Below are positions 20,213-30,294 of a stretch of DNA of 64,000 bases, in pieces. A program made the translations under genes and the position numbers. The notes below the pieces were generated by a model. It made no database searches. It was not told the origin of the DNA and saw nothing but the letters and a program-made list of their open reading frames with translations. The stretch is from the NCBI RefSeq assembly GCF_003790525.1, contig NZ_CP033635.1. One strand, given 5' to 3'. Positions within the stretch are counted from its first letter, which is position 1, and each line of letters begins with the position of its first letter. The DNA is from Escherichia coli (GTDB lineage Bacteria; Pseudomonadota; Gammaproteobacteria; Enterobacterales; Enterobacteriaceae).

Positions 20213-20722
20213 ATGGCGACGCTGACAGAAGATGATGTGCTTGAGCAACTGGATGCACAGGACAATTTATTTTCATTTATGAAAACTGCGCATTCTATTT
20301 TGCTCCAGGGGATACGCCAGTTTCTGCCGTCGCTGTTTGTCGATAACGATGAAGAGATCGTCGAATATGCAGTGAAGCCGTTACTCGCCCAAAGCGGCCC
20401 GCTTGACGATATTGATGTTGCGCTGCGTTTGATTTATGCGCTGGGGAAAATGGATAAATGGCTGTACGCCGATATCACGCATTTTTCCCAGTTCTGGCAT
20501 TACCTGAACGAACAGGATGAAATGCCCGGATTTGCCGATGACATGACCTGGGATTTTATCAGCAACGTCAATAGTATAACCCGCAATGCGACGCTCTATG
20601 ACGCATTGAAAGCGATGAAGTTCGCCGATTTCGCCGTCTGGTCAGAGGCGCGTTTTAGCGGGATGGTCAAAACGGCGCTGACGCTGGCAGTAACGACCAC
20701 CTTAAAGGAATTAACGCCGTGA
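20213..20722 (+). CDS. yggD: MtlR-like regulator/fumarase E family protein
   Basis: 169-aa ORF MATLTEDDVLEQLDAQDNLFSFMKTAHSILLQG... matches YggD. Confidence 0.8.
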   Translation: MATLTEDDVLEQLDAQDNLFSFMKTAHSILLQGIRQFLPSLFVDNDEEIVEYAVKPLLAQSGPLDDIDVALRLIYALGKMDKWLYADITHFSQFWHYLNEQDEMPGFADDMTWDFISNVNSITRNATLYDALKAMKFADFAVWSEARFSGMVKTALTLAVTTTLKELTP

Positions 20723-21432
20723 AAATTGAATTAACGGTGAATGGGCTGAAGATACAGGCACAGTACCAGAACGAAGAGATTGAAAATGTACATAAACCGT
20801 TGCTGCACATGTTGGCGGCCTTACAGACGGTAAATCCGCAGCGGCGTACGGTGGTTTTTCTTTGCGCTCCGCCGGGGACGGGTAAATCTACCCTAACCAC
20901 CTTCTGGGAATATATCGCGCAACAAGACCCGGAACTGCCCGCTATTCAGACGCTACCGATGGATGGTTTTCATCATTACAATAGCTGGCTGGATGCGCAT
21001 CAATTGCGCCCCTTCAAAGGCGCACCAGAGACATTTGACGTTGCGAAACTGGCGGAAAATCTGCGCCAGGTCGTGGAAGGGGATTGTACGTGGCCGCAGT
21101 ACGATCGACAAAAGCATGATCCTGTTGAAGATGCGTTGCACGTTACCGCACCACTCGTCATCGTCGAAGGAAACTGGTTGTTGCTGGACGACGAGAAGTG
21201 GCGCCAGCTTGCGCAATTTTGTGATTTCTCGATCTTTATCAAAGCTCCCGCATCTGCGTTGCGGGAGCGTCTGGTGGGGCGCAAGCTGGCGGGAGGGTTA
21301 TCGCTGGCAGACGCAGAAGCCTTTTATGACCGTACCGACGGGCCGAATGTTCGCCGGGTGCTGGAAGAGAGTCTGCCTGCAAATTTGACCTTAATGATGA
21401 CCGCTACGGGTGAATATCGTCTGATGGATTAA
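20719..21432 (+). CDS. yggC: P-loop kinase (uridine kinase/PRK-like)
   Basis: 237-aa ORF, GTG start overlapping yggD stop; Walker A APPGTGKST. Confidence 0.8.
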   Translation: MKIELTVNGLKIQAQYQNEEIENVHKPLLHMLAALQTVNPQRRTVVFLCAPPGTGKSTLTTFWEYIAQQDPELPAIQTLPMDGFHHYNSWLDAHQLRPFKGAPETFDVAKLAENLRQVVEGDCTWPQYDRQKHDPVEDALHVTAPLVIVEGNWLLLDDEKWRQLAQFCDFSIFIKAPASALRERLVGRKLAGGLSLADAEAFYDRTDGPNVRRVLEESLPANLTLMMTATGEYRLMD

Positions 21433-22081
21433 CGTTCCTGATTACACCATCTTCCAGTCGCACCACACGAGAGAAATGACGCCGGGTAAATGCGGCGTCA
21501 TGACTGATTGCTACGACGCTCGTGCCTCGCTGGCGGCACTTTTCCAGCCAACTTTCAAACACGCTCATCCAATTTTCGTCAAAATCCCGACTCGGCTCGT
21601 CCAGCAGCAATAGCGGCGGAGAGAGTGCTTCCAGGCAGGCGACGGCGACCATCCGTCGCTGCGCACTATGCAGATCCAGCGGATGCGCGCTGGCAGTGTC
21701 TGCTAACTGACAGCATTGCAGGGCAGCATTGGTACGTTGAGTGATTTCATCCGCCGGGCATTTTTGCAGTTTCAAACCAAATGCGATCTCGTCAGCGACG
21801 GTGCTGTGAAAAAGCTGGTTTTCCGCTTCCTGAAACAGTACGCCAATCTTTGCCGCGCGCTGGCGGTTTTTCAGGTTTTTCATCGCCTGTTGTTGCAGCA
21901 TAACCGTACCGGCTGTGGGCGTAAGAAGACCTGCCATTACTCGTAACAGCGTCGATTTTCCCGCGCCATTGTCGCCGGTCAGCGCCAACCATTCACCTTG
22001 TTTGAGTTGCAGAGAAATGTCGCAAAGACAATCCGTTGCCGCGTCAGGCCAGCGATAAGTTATCTGATTTAACGTTAACAT
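21404..22081 (-). CDS. ABC-type ATPase, ECF-transporter energizing subunit with degenerate signature motif (EcfA'-like)
   Basis: Walker A GDNGAGKST, Walker B LLLLDEPSRDFD, H-loop ISHD, but signature region reads LHSAQRR instead of LSGGQ; ATG 22081 overlaps upstream ATPase stop (ATGTTAA). Confidence 0.75.
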   Translation of the reverse strand: MLTLNQITYRWPDAATDCLCDISLQLKQGEWLALTGDNGAGKSTLLRVMAGLLTPTAGTVMLQQQAMKNLKNRQRAAKIGVLFQEAENQLFHSTVADEIAFGLKLQKCPADEITQRTNAALQCCQLADTASAHPLDLHSAQRRMVAVACLEALSPPLLLLDEPSRDFDENWMSVFESWLEKCRQRGTSVVAISHDAAFTRRHFSRVVRLEDGVIRNVNPSDDIHP

Positions 22082-22752
22082 AGTGGCTGGAGCGCTCCGT
22101 TTTGCAATTGCCACGCTTGCTGGCAGTAGTTCAGGAAAGGTGTACGATGACGTTCAAAAAGAATAATCAGCGAACCACGTTCAAGCGCCCAGTGTTGTAA
22201 GCGCTGCAACAGCATTTCGCAGGCCTGCGGCGTCAGGCGGCTAAAGGCTTCATCAAGAATTAAGAGCTTTGGCTGCATCGCGATGGCGCAGGCGATGACC
22301 ACACGCTGTGTCTCTCCACCGGAGAGTGTTGCCGGGTGACGATGGCGCAACGGCTGGCACTCGGTCAGAGTCAGGGCGGCATCAATCCGCGCCATAATCT
22401 CCTCTTCAGCAAGACACAGATTTTCTGGCCCAAAGGCAACTTTTTCTTCCACGCTAAAGGTACAGCCGGAGAGCTGCAAATAGGGCGATTGCTGAACGAG
22501 CTGGATGGTGGCGGATTGTTCATTAAGCGGGATATGCCCAATGGGCGTACCGAGAAGCGTCCCCGTGCCGGTTATCTCTCCTGGCAGAAAGTCCGGATAC
22601 CAGCCCGCCATCAGCTGTGCCAGCGTACTTTTGCCACTGCCGTTGTCACCAAAGATGGCGACCATCCCCGGTTTGACATAGTGAAAGTCATAACAGAACG
22701 GAGGATGCGTTGAGTGTGTCGGGCAATAGCGAAACTGTTCTAACGTAACCAT
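22075..22752 (-). CDS. ABC-type ATPase, ECF-transporter energizing subunit (EcfA-like)
   Basis: Walker A GDNGSGKST, canonical signature LSGGETQR, Walker B LLILDEA; start could be 22758 or 22752. Confidence 0.75.
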   Translation of the reverse strand: MVTLEQFRYCPTHSTHPPFCYDFHYVKPGMVAIFGDNGSGKSTLAQLMAGWYPDFLPGEITGTGTLLGTPIGHIPLNEQSATIQLVQQSPYLQLSGCTFSVEEKVAFGPENLCLAEEEIMARIDAALTLTECQPLRHRHPATLSGGETQRVVIACAIAMQPKLLILDEAFSRLTPQACEMLLQRLQHWALERGSLIILFERHRTPFLNYCQQAWQLQNGALQPLC

Positions 22753-23447
22753 ATCCACGCTCCGAATTCAGCCAGCATTAGCAAGATCATGGCGTAACGT
22801 GCTACGCGTTGTAGGGTGCTATCGGCTGGTGCCCATAACGTAGTGCGCCTATTGTTGATTCGAAATGCCCGCATATCCAGCGCCGCACCACGGACAGCCA
22901 GATCGTTAAGCGCATTGTGTGTTAGCGGAATAATTAGCGCGGGCATCGCGCGTAAACGCTGATACCAGCCTTCATCAAGCGGCACGCCGCGGGCGCGCTG
23001 CGCTTCATGAATAATCGCTAATTGCCGTTTTAACTGCTCAACGACCAACAACGGCCCGGCGAACAGATAAGCGACGCCCGGCGGCAGGCGAGAAGCAAAC
23101 AAAGCGCGGATAAAACGTTGCACTGGGACGTACTGCATCCACAACTGCGAGGTTGAAACAATCGCCAGAATCCGCAACCAGAGCGTAATAGCATGCGTCC
23201 ACCGTTCTGGCGAGCGTGGCGTGCCGCTTAGCCATTCTATCAGCCAGCCACCGTGTACCAGCCACAGTCCAGCCCCCAGCGAGAACATCAGCCAGACGAC
23301 ATATTTTGCCCGCCGCCGCGTGGCCTTTAGCGCAATAAGGCAGAAAAAGGTCGCCGCGCTATAGACTGGCAATATTGTCTGTGTGGGCAGGATAAGCGTG
23401 GTGTAGGCCGCCAGCGCCCACAGCGTTAATGAGGTAAACGGATGCAT
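22740..23447 (-). CDS. ECF transporter transmembrane T component (CbiQ/EcfT-like)
   Basis: Polytopic 235-aa protein with Ala-Arg-Gly-type coupling motifs (EAQRARGV; LAVRGAALD); ATG directly follows stop of upstream gene. Confidence 0.65.
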   Translation of the reverse strand: MHPFTSLTLWALAAYTTLILPTQTILPVYSAATFFCLIALKATRRRAKYVVWLMFSLGAGLWLVHGGWLIEWLSGTPRSPERWTHAITLWLRILAIVSTSQLWMQYVPVQRFIRALFASRLPPGVAYLFAGPLLVVEQLKRQLAIIHEAQRARGVPLDEGWYQRLRAMPALIIPLTHNALNDLAVRGAALDMRAFRINNRRTTLWAPADSTLQRVARYAMILLMLAEFGAWIWLR

Positions 23448-24026
23448 TTAGCGCACGGCTGCCATTGCCGGAAAATGGCGCGTGGTGCGAATCGGCAGCT
23501 GACGCAGTAAAAGCCAGACAATCACCGCTGTAAGAATTTTATCGACCAGGTTTGCGCCTATCACCGTAATCGCCACCGACTCCACCAGGTTTTGCCCCAT
23601 AGAGTGCATCCAGGCAACGAACAAATCGGCTCCGCTACCGGTGACACCGCCGAACAGCGCAGTACGCAGCGGTACAGCGACGACCGTTACCGCAAGCGTA
23701 ATAATCACGCCGCTGACAACGACTTTTGGCAGGGTGCGGAACCAACCCGCTCGCGCCAGCCAACCGGCGACCAGGCCGATGACCATCGCCACGGGCGCAA
23801 ATGCGGCGGCGATCGGGTCGGTCAGCAATCCCCAGAGTAAATTGGTCAGTAAGCCGGTCAGCATCCCGATCACCGGACCAAGCAGTACCGCGCTAATAAG
23901 TGTGCCGACGGAGTCGAGAAATATAGGTAATTTGACCATGCTGGCCAGTTGCCCGCCGATCATATTGATGGCGATAGATATAACGATCAACACCAGCGCC
24001 TGACTGGAAAAGTGGCGACGCGCCAT
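23448..24026 (-). CDS. small integral membrane protein, putative ECF substrate-capture S component
   Basis: About 190 aa, 5-6 predicted TM helices, sits first in transporter gene order; start chosen at MARRHFSSQ (ORF extends to 24125). Confidence 0.55.
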   Translation of the reverse strand: MARRHFSSQALVLIVISIAINMIGGQLASMVKLPIFLDSVGTLISAVLLGPVIGMLTGLLTNLLWGLLTDPIAAAFAPVAMVIGLVAGWLARAGWFRTLPKVVVSGVIITLAVTVVAVPLRTALFGGVTGSGADLFVAWMHSMGQNLVESVAITVIGANLVDKILTAVIVWLLLRQLPIRTTRHFPAMAAVR

Positions 24027-24048
24027 AAGAAAACCTCTCTGAAAATAG

Positions 24049-24480
24049 TTAGTTAACGGGGGAAATATGCAACTCGTCGTAACCAGAAAGCGCGCAAGGC
24101 TGGCGGCTAAACGCCAGTTCCTCAAGGCAGCCGATCACCAGTTCAAGCGTGGTCCGCACGGTACAGCCGGGCATCATATGACCGCCAAGCATCGTGCCGT
24201 GTGGATCGGAAACGCAGAGATGAAGATGTTCACCACTCTGTTCCAGCGTGCCGTTCAATGCGATGACTTCGAACTTACCGCTTAGTAGGGCAGTGTTTTC
24301 TTGCCCGGCATAGCGTAAGGCGACGTCAGTCAGACTGCCGGTACAACCTGCAATCCACGCGGCGTGAAGTTGTTGTTGCTGCGCGAAGGCGCGTAATTGG
24401 GAGAGAACTTCCTGCCCGGGGAGCAGGCGCAGCGCGTAAAAACGTGCGGAGGAAGAATATGGGTAGGGCAATGTCATCAT
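24049..24480 (-). CDS. DUF296/PPC-domain-like protein (143 aa) of unknown function, first gene of the cluster
   Basis: 143-aa ORF; family assignment from recollection of PPC-domain proteins, not verified. Confidence 0.5.
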   Translation of the reverse strand: MMTLPYPYSSSARFYALRLLPGQEVLSQLRAFAQQQQLHAAWIAGCTGSLTDVALRYAGQENTALLSGKFEVIALNGTLEQSGEHLHLCVSDPHGTMLGGHMMPGCTVRTTLELVIGCLEELAFSRQPCALSGYDELHISPVN

Positions 24481-24608
24481 TGGAGTACTCCGAAACTCGG
24501 ACGTATTGCGGATAATATCGACGCTGCATCAGTCATATTCTGATATAAGTCAGGGTTTGTGACGGCACAACGAAAAGATTTTGCTACGCTTATTCGTGAT
24601 TCTGCAAA

Positions 24609-24624
24609 GTGGAATAAATTCCAC
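24609..24624. promoter_or_regulatory. inverted repeat GTGGAA-N4-TTCCAC in divergent intergenic region, with a further copy of the motif at 24690..24699
   Basis: gtggaataaattccac at 24609..24624; ttttattccac at 24689..24699 is the same motif inverted; lies between the DUF296/ECF cluster and epd. Confidence 0.3.
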
Positions 24625-24851
24625 AGGGGCGGGGCTGAAAACGTGACGTAAGTCAGATAATTGTCTTCTTTGACTGGACAATCATTCCTTTTATTCCACG
24701 TTTCGCTTATCCTAGCTGAAGCGTTTCAGTCGATTAAATGTTCGACAATTAACCAATCAGTCGCAGTTTGCGACAGGTAAGGTTTCCCCGGACGATTTGC
24801 TGGATTACTCTGTCTGGCAAATTTGCTCAGGGAAAACCTTGCAGGAGATCT

Positions 24852-25871
24852 ATGACCGTACGCGTAGCGATAAATGGCTTCGGTCGCATCGGGCGTAATG
24901 TGGTTCGTGCTTTGTATGAATCCGGACGCCGGGCGGAAATTACCGTGGTGGCAATCAACGAACTGGCGGATGCTGCGGGCATGGCGCATTTGTTGAAATA
25001 TGACACCAGCCATGGCCGTTTTGCATGGGAAGTACGACAGGAACGCGATCAACTTTTTGTTGGTGATGACGCCATCCGCGTATTGCATGAACGTTCACTG
25101 CAATCGCTCCCCTGGCGTGAACTTGGCGTTGATGTAGTCCTCGACTGCACCGGCGTATATGGCTCCCGTGAGCATGGCGAAGCGCATATTGCCGCCGGGG
25201 CCAAAAAAGTGCTCTTTTCACATCCTGGCAGTAACGATCTCGACGCGACCGTTGTTTACGGCGTCAATCAGGATCAACTTCGTGCGGAACACCGCATCGT
25301 TTCTAACGCTTCCTGTACCACGAATTGCATAATTCCCGTCATCAAATTGTTAGATGATGCGTACGGTATTGAGTCCGGCACTGTGACCACAATTCACTCC
25401 GCCATGCACGATCAACAGGTTATTGATGCATACCATCCTGACCTGCGTCGCACTCGGGCAGCCAGCCAGTCGATCATTCCGGTCGATACTAAACTGGCCG
25501 CCGGTATCACACGATTTTTTCCGCAATTTAACGATCGCTTTGAAGCGATTGCGGTACGTGTGCCAACCATAAATGTGACGGCAATCGATTTAAGCGTGAC
25601 GGTGAAGAAACCTGTAAAAGCCAATGAAGTCAACCTGTTGCTGCAAAAAGCAGCACAAGGTGCATTTCATGGTATAGTTGACTATACGGAATTGCCGTTG
25701 GTCTCTGTAGATTTTAACCACGATCCGCACAGTGCCATTGTCGATGGCACCCAAACCCGGGTCAGTGGCGCACACCTGATCAAAACGTTGGTCTGGTGCG
25801 ATAACGAATGGGGCTTTGCTAACCGAATGCTCGACACGACGTTAGCTATGGCTACTGTTGCTTTCAGGTAA
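24852..25871 (+). CDS. epd: D-erythrose-4-phosphate dehydrogenase
   Basis: ORF 24768..25871; [37 protein letters not shown] matches Epd (GapB). Confidence 0.95.
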
Positions 25872-25920
25872 GACGCAAGCAGCGTCTGCAAAACTTTTAG
25901 AATCAACGAGAGGATTCACC

Positions 25921-27084
25921 ATGTCTGTAATTAAGATGACCGATCTGGATCTTGCTGGGAAACGTGTATTTATCCGTGCGGATCTGAACGTACCAGTAAA
26001 AGACGGGAAAGTAACCAGCGATGCGCGTATCCGTGCTTCTCTGCCGACCATCGAACTGGCCCTGAAACAAGGCGCAAAAGTGATGGTAACTTCCCACCTG
26101 GGTCGTCCTACCGAAGGCGAGTACAACGAAGAATTCTCTCTGCTGCCGGTTGTTAACTACCTGAAAGACAAACTGTCTAACCCGGTTCGTCTGGTTAAAG
26201 ATTACCTCGACGGCGTTGACGTTGCTGAAGGTGAACTGGTTGTTCTGGAAAACGTTCGCTTCAACAAAGGCGAGAAGAAAGACGACGAAACCCTGTCCAA
26301 AAAATACGCTGCACTGTGTGACGTGTTCGTAATGGACGCATTCGGTACTGCTCACCGCGCGCAGGCTTCTACTCACGGTATCGGTAAATTCGCTGACGTT
26401 GCGTGCGCAGGCCCGCTGCTGGCAGCTGAACTGGACGCGCTGGGTAAAGCACTGAAAGAACCTGCTCGCCCGATGGTGGCTATCGTTGGTGGTTCTAAAG
26501 TATCTACCAAACTGACCGTTCTGGACTCCCTGTCTAAAATCGCTGACCAGCTGATTGTTGGTGGTGGTATCGCTAACACCTTTATTGCGGCACAAGGCCA
26601 CGATGTGGGTAAATCCCTGTACGAAGCTGATCTGGTTGACGAAGCAAAACGTCTGCTGACCACCTGCAACATCCCGGTTCCGTCTGATGTTCGTGTAGCA
26701 ACTGAGTTCTCTGAAACTGCACCGGCTACCCTGAAATCTGTTAACGATGTGAAAGCTGACGAGCAGATCCTGGATATCGGTGATGCTTCCGCTCAGGAAC
26801 TGGCTGAAATCCTGAAGAATGCGAAAACCATTTTGTGGAACGGTCCGGTTGGCGTGTTCGAATTCCCGAACTTCCGCAAAGGTACTGAAATCGTGGCTAA
26901 CGCTATCGCAGACAGCGAAGCGTTCTCCATCGCTGGCGGCGGCGACACTCTGGCAGCAATCGACCTGTTCGGCATTGCTGACAAAATCTCCTACATCTCC
27001 ACTGGCGGCGGCGCATTCCTCGAATTCGTGGAAGGTAAAGTACTGCCTGCAGTAGCGATGCTCGAAGAGCGCGCTAAGAAGTAA
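25921..27084 (+). CDS. pgk: phosphoglycerate kinase
   Basis: ORF 25858..27084; [25 protein letters not shown] matches Pgk. Confidence 0.95.
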
Positions 27085-27297
27085 AAAATCACAGGGCAGG
27101 GAAACCTGCCCTTGTTGCAGCGCGCTTTTAAAGCACGCACTTTTTCATACTCTAAATAATTCGAGTTGCAGGAAGGCGACAAGAGAGTGAATCCCATGAG
27201 CTTACATAAGTAAGTGACTGGGGTGAGCGAACGCAGACGCAGCACATGCAACTTGAAGTATGACGAGTATAAGGCCCGACGATACAGGACAAGAGAC

Positions 27298-28377
27298 ATG
27301 TCTAAGATTTTTGATTTCGTAAAACCTGGCGTAATCACTGGTGATGACGTACAGAAAGTTTTCCAGGTAGCAAAAGAAAACAACTTCGCACTGCCAGCAG
27401 TAAACTGCGTCGGTACTGACTCCATCAACGCCGTGCTGGAAACCGCTGCTAAAGTTAAAGCGCCGGTTATCGTTCAGTTCTCCAACGGTGGTGCTTCCTT
27501 TATCGCTGGTAAAGGCGTGAAATCTGACGTTCCGCAGGGTGCTGCTATCCTGGGCGCGATCTCTGGTGCGCATCACGTTCACCAGATGGCTGAACATTAT
27601 GGTGTTCCGGTTATCCTGCACACCGACCACTGCGCGAAGAAACTGCTGCCGTGGATCGACGGTCTGCTGGACGCGGGTGAAAAACACTTCGCAGCTACCG
27701 GCAAGCCGCTGTTCTCTTCTCACATGATCGACCTGTCTGAAGAATCTCTGCAAGAGAACATCGAAATCTGCTCTAAATACCTGGAGCGCATGTCCAAAAT
27801 CGGCATGACTCTGGAAATCGAACTGGGTTGCACCGGTGGTGAAGAAGACGGCGTGGACAACAGCCACATGGACGCTTCTGCACTGTACACCCAGCCGGAA
27901 GACGTTGATTATGCGTATACCGAGCTGAGCAAAATCAGCCCGCGTTTCACCATCGCAGCGTCCTTCGGTAACGTACACGGTGTTTACAAGCCGGGTAACG
28001 TGGTTCTGACTCCGACCATCCTGCGCGACTCTCAGGAATATGTTTCTAAGAAACACAACCTGCCGCACAACAGCCTGAACTTCGTATTCCACGGTGGTTC
28101 CGGTTCTACTGCTCAGGAAATCAAAGACTCCGTAAGCTACGGCGTAGTGAAAATGAACATCGATACCGATACCCAATGGGCAACCTGGGAAGGCGTTCTG
28201 AACTACTACAAAGCGAACGAAGCTTACCTGCAGGGTCAGCTGGGTAACCCGAAAGGCGAAGATCAGCCGAACAAGAAATACTACGATCCGCGCGTATGGC
28301 TGCGTGCCGGTCAGACTTCGATGATCGCTCGTCTGGAAAAAGCATTCCAGGAACTGAACGCGATCGACGTTCTGTAA
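27298..28377 (+). CDS. fbaA: fructose-bisphosphate aldolase class II
   Basis: ORF 27214..28377; MSKIFDFVKPGVITGDDVQKVFQVAKENNFALPAVN matches FbaA. Confidence 0.95.
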   Translation: MSKIFDFVKPGVITGDDVQKVFQVAKENNFALPAVNCVGTDSINAVLETAAKVKAPVIVQFSNGGASFIAGKGVKSDVPQGAAILGAISGAHHVHQMAEHYGVPVILHTDHCAKKLLPWIDGLLDAGEKHFAATGKPLFSSHMIDLSEESLQENIEICSKYLERMSKIGMTLEIELGCTGGEEDGVDNSHMDASALYTQPEDVDYAYTELSKISPRFTIAASFGNVHGVYKPGNVVLTPTILRDSQEYVSKKHNLPHNSLNFVFHGGSGSTAQEIKDSVSYGVVKMNIDTDTQWATWEGVLNYYKANEAYLQGQLGNPKGEDQPNKKYYDPRVWLRAGQTSMIARLEKAFQELNAIDVL

Positions 28378-28401
28378 GTCATTCCTTTCTGCTTATCTCA
28401 A

Positions 28402-28426
28402 GGCCCGCTCTGCGGGTCTTTTTTTC
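28402..28426 (+). terminator. fbaA intrinsic terminator
   Basis: gcccgctctgcgggtc followed by ttttttt. Confidence 0.6.
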
Positions 28427-28567
28427 GCCAAAAGCAAGGTGATACAGATGAGAAATCTGTGATCTATTTGGCAAAATTATGCTTTATTGTTTACCCTTGT
28501 CAGACTGCCCGTCATAAGGCGGCGGAGTGTATTTCTCCATTTTGAGTCAGTTGAAAAGGAATATTGA

Positions 28568-29428
<861 letters not shown>

Positions 29429-29436
29429 TCAACGCT

Positions 29437-29476
29437 GAGGCCAGATAATACTCTCTGGCCTCTCTCTTATTAGTTT
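29437..29476 (+). terminator. mscS intrinsic terminator
   Basis: gaggccaga...tctggcctc hairpin followed by T-rich tract. Confidence 0.5.
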
Positions 29477-29566
29477 TTCTGATTGCCAATTAATATTATC
29501 AATTTCCGCTAATAACAATCCCGCGATATAGTCTCTGCATCAGATACTTAATTCGGAATATCCAAC

Positions 29567-30202
29567 GTGTTTTCTTATTACTTTCAAGGTCTTGCGCTTG
29601 GCGCAGCTATGATCCTACCGCTCGGTCCACAAAATGCTTTTGTGATGAATCAGGGCATTCGTCGTCAGTACCACATTATGATTGCCTTACTTTGCGCTAT
29701 CAGCGATTTGGTCCTGATTTGCGCCGGGATTTTTGGTGGCAGCGCGTTATTGATGCAGTCGCCGTGGTTGCTGGCGCTGGTCACCTGGGGCGGCGTAGCC
29801 TTCTTGCTGTGGTATGGTTTTGGCGCTTTTAAAACAGCGATGAGCAGCAATATTGAGTTAGCCAGTGCCGAAGTCCTGAAGCAAGGCAGATGGAAAATTA
29901 TCGCCACCATGCTGGCAGTGACCTGGCTGAATCCGCATGTTTACCTGGATACTTTTGTTGTACTGGGCAGCCTTGGCGGGCAACTTGATGTGGAACCAAA
30001 ACGTTGGTTTGCGCTCGGGACAATTAGCGCCTCTTTCCTGTGGTTCTTTGGTCTGGCTCTTCTCGCAGCCTGGCTGGCACCGCGCCTGCGCACGGCAAAA
30101 TCACAACGCATTATCAATCTGGTAGTGGGATGTGTTATGTGGTTTATTGCCTTGCAGCTGGCGAGAGACGGTATTGCTCATGCACAAGCCTTGTTCAGTT
30201 AG
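29567..30202 (+). CDS. argO: arginine exporter (LysE family)
   Basis: 211-aa ORF, GTG start, [30 protein letters not shown] matches ArgO. Confidence 0.9.
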   Translation: MFSYYFQGLALGAAMILPLGPQNAFVMNQGIRRQYHIMIALLCAISDLVLICAGIFGGSALLMQSPWLLALVTWGGVAFLLWYGFGAFKTAMSSNIELASAEVLKQGRWKIIATMLAVTWLNPHVYLDTFVVLGSLGGQLDVEPKRWFALGTISASFLWFFGLALLAAWLAPRLRTAKSQRIINLVVGCVMWFIALQLARDGIAHAQALFS

Positions 30203-30294
30203 GCGCTATCTGATGGAAAAATAAAACAGAGGCGCTAAGCTTGCCTCCAGAGGTCCTGAATTTTAGGCAAGTCAATTAACACGGAGAGACTAAC

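Noticed and set aside
25903-26601. 232-aa ORF antisense to pgk, and similar antisense ORFs in tktA (12761..13411, 13505..14173)
   Set aside because: Same reasoning: mirror frames of highly expressed glycolytic or pentose-phosphate genes.
27202-28176. 324-aa ORF antisense to fbaA
   Set aside because: Lies entirely within and opposite to a highly conserved, strongly codon-biased gene; no start or RBS context. Typical spurious antisense ORF.
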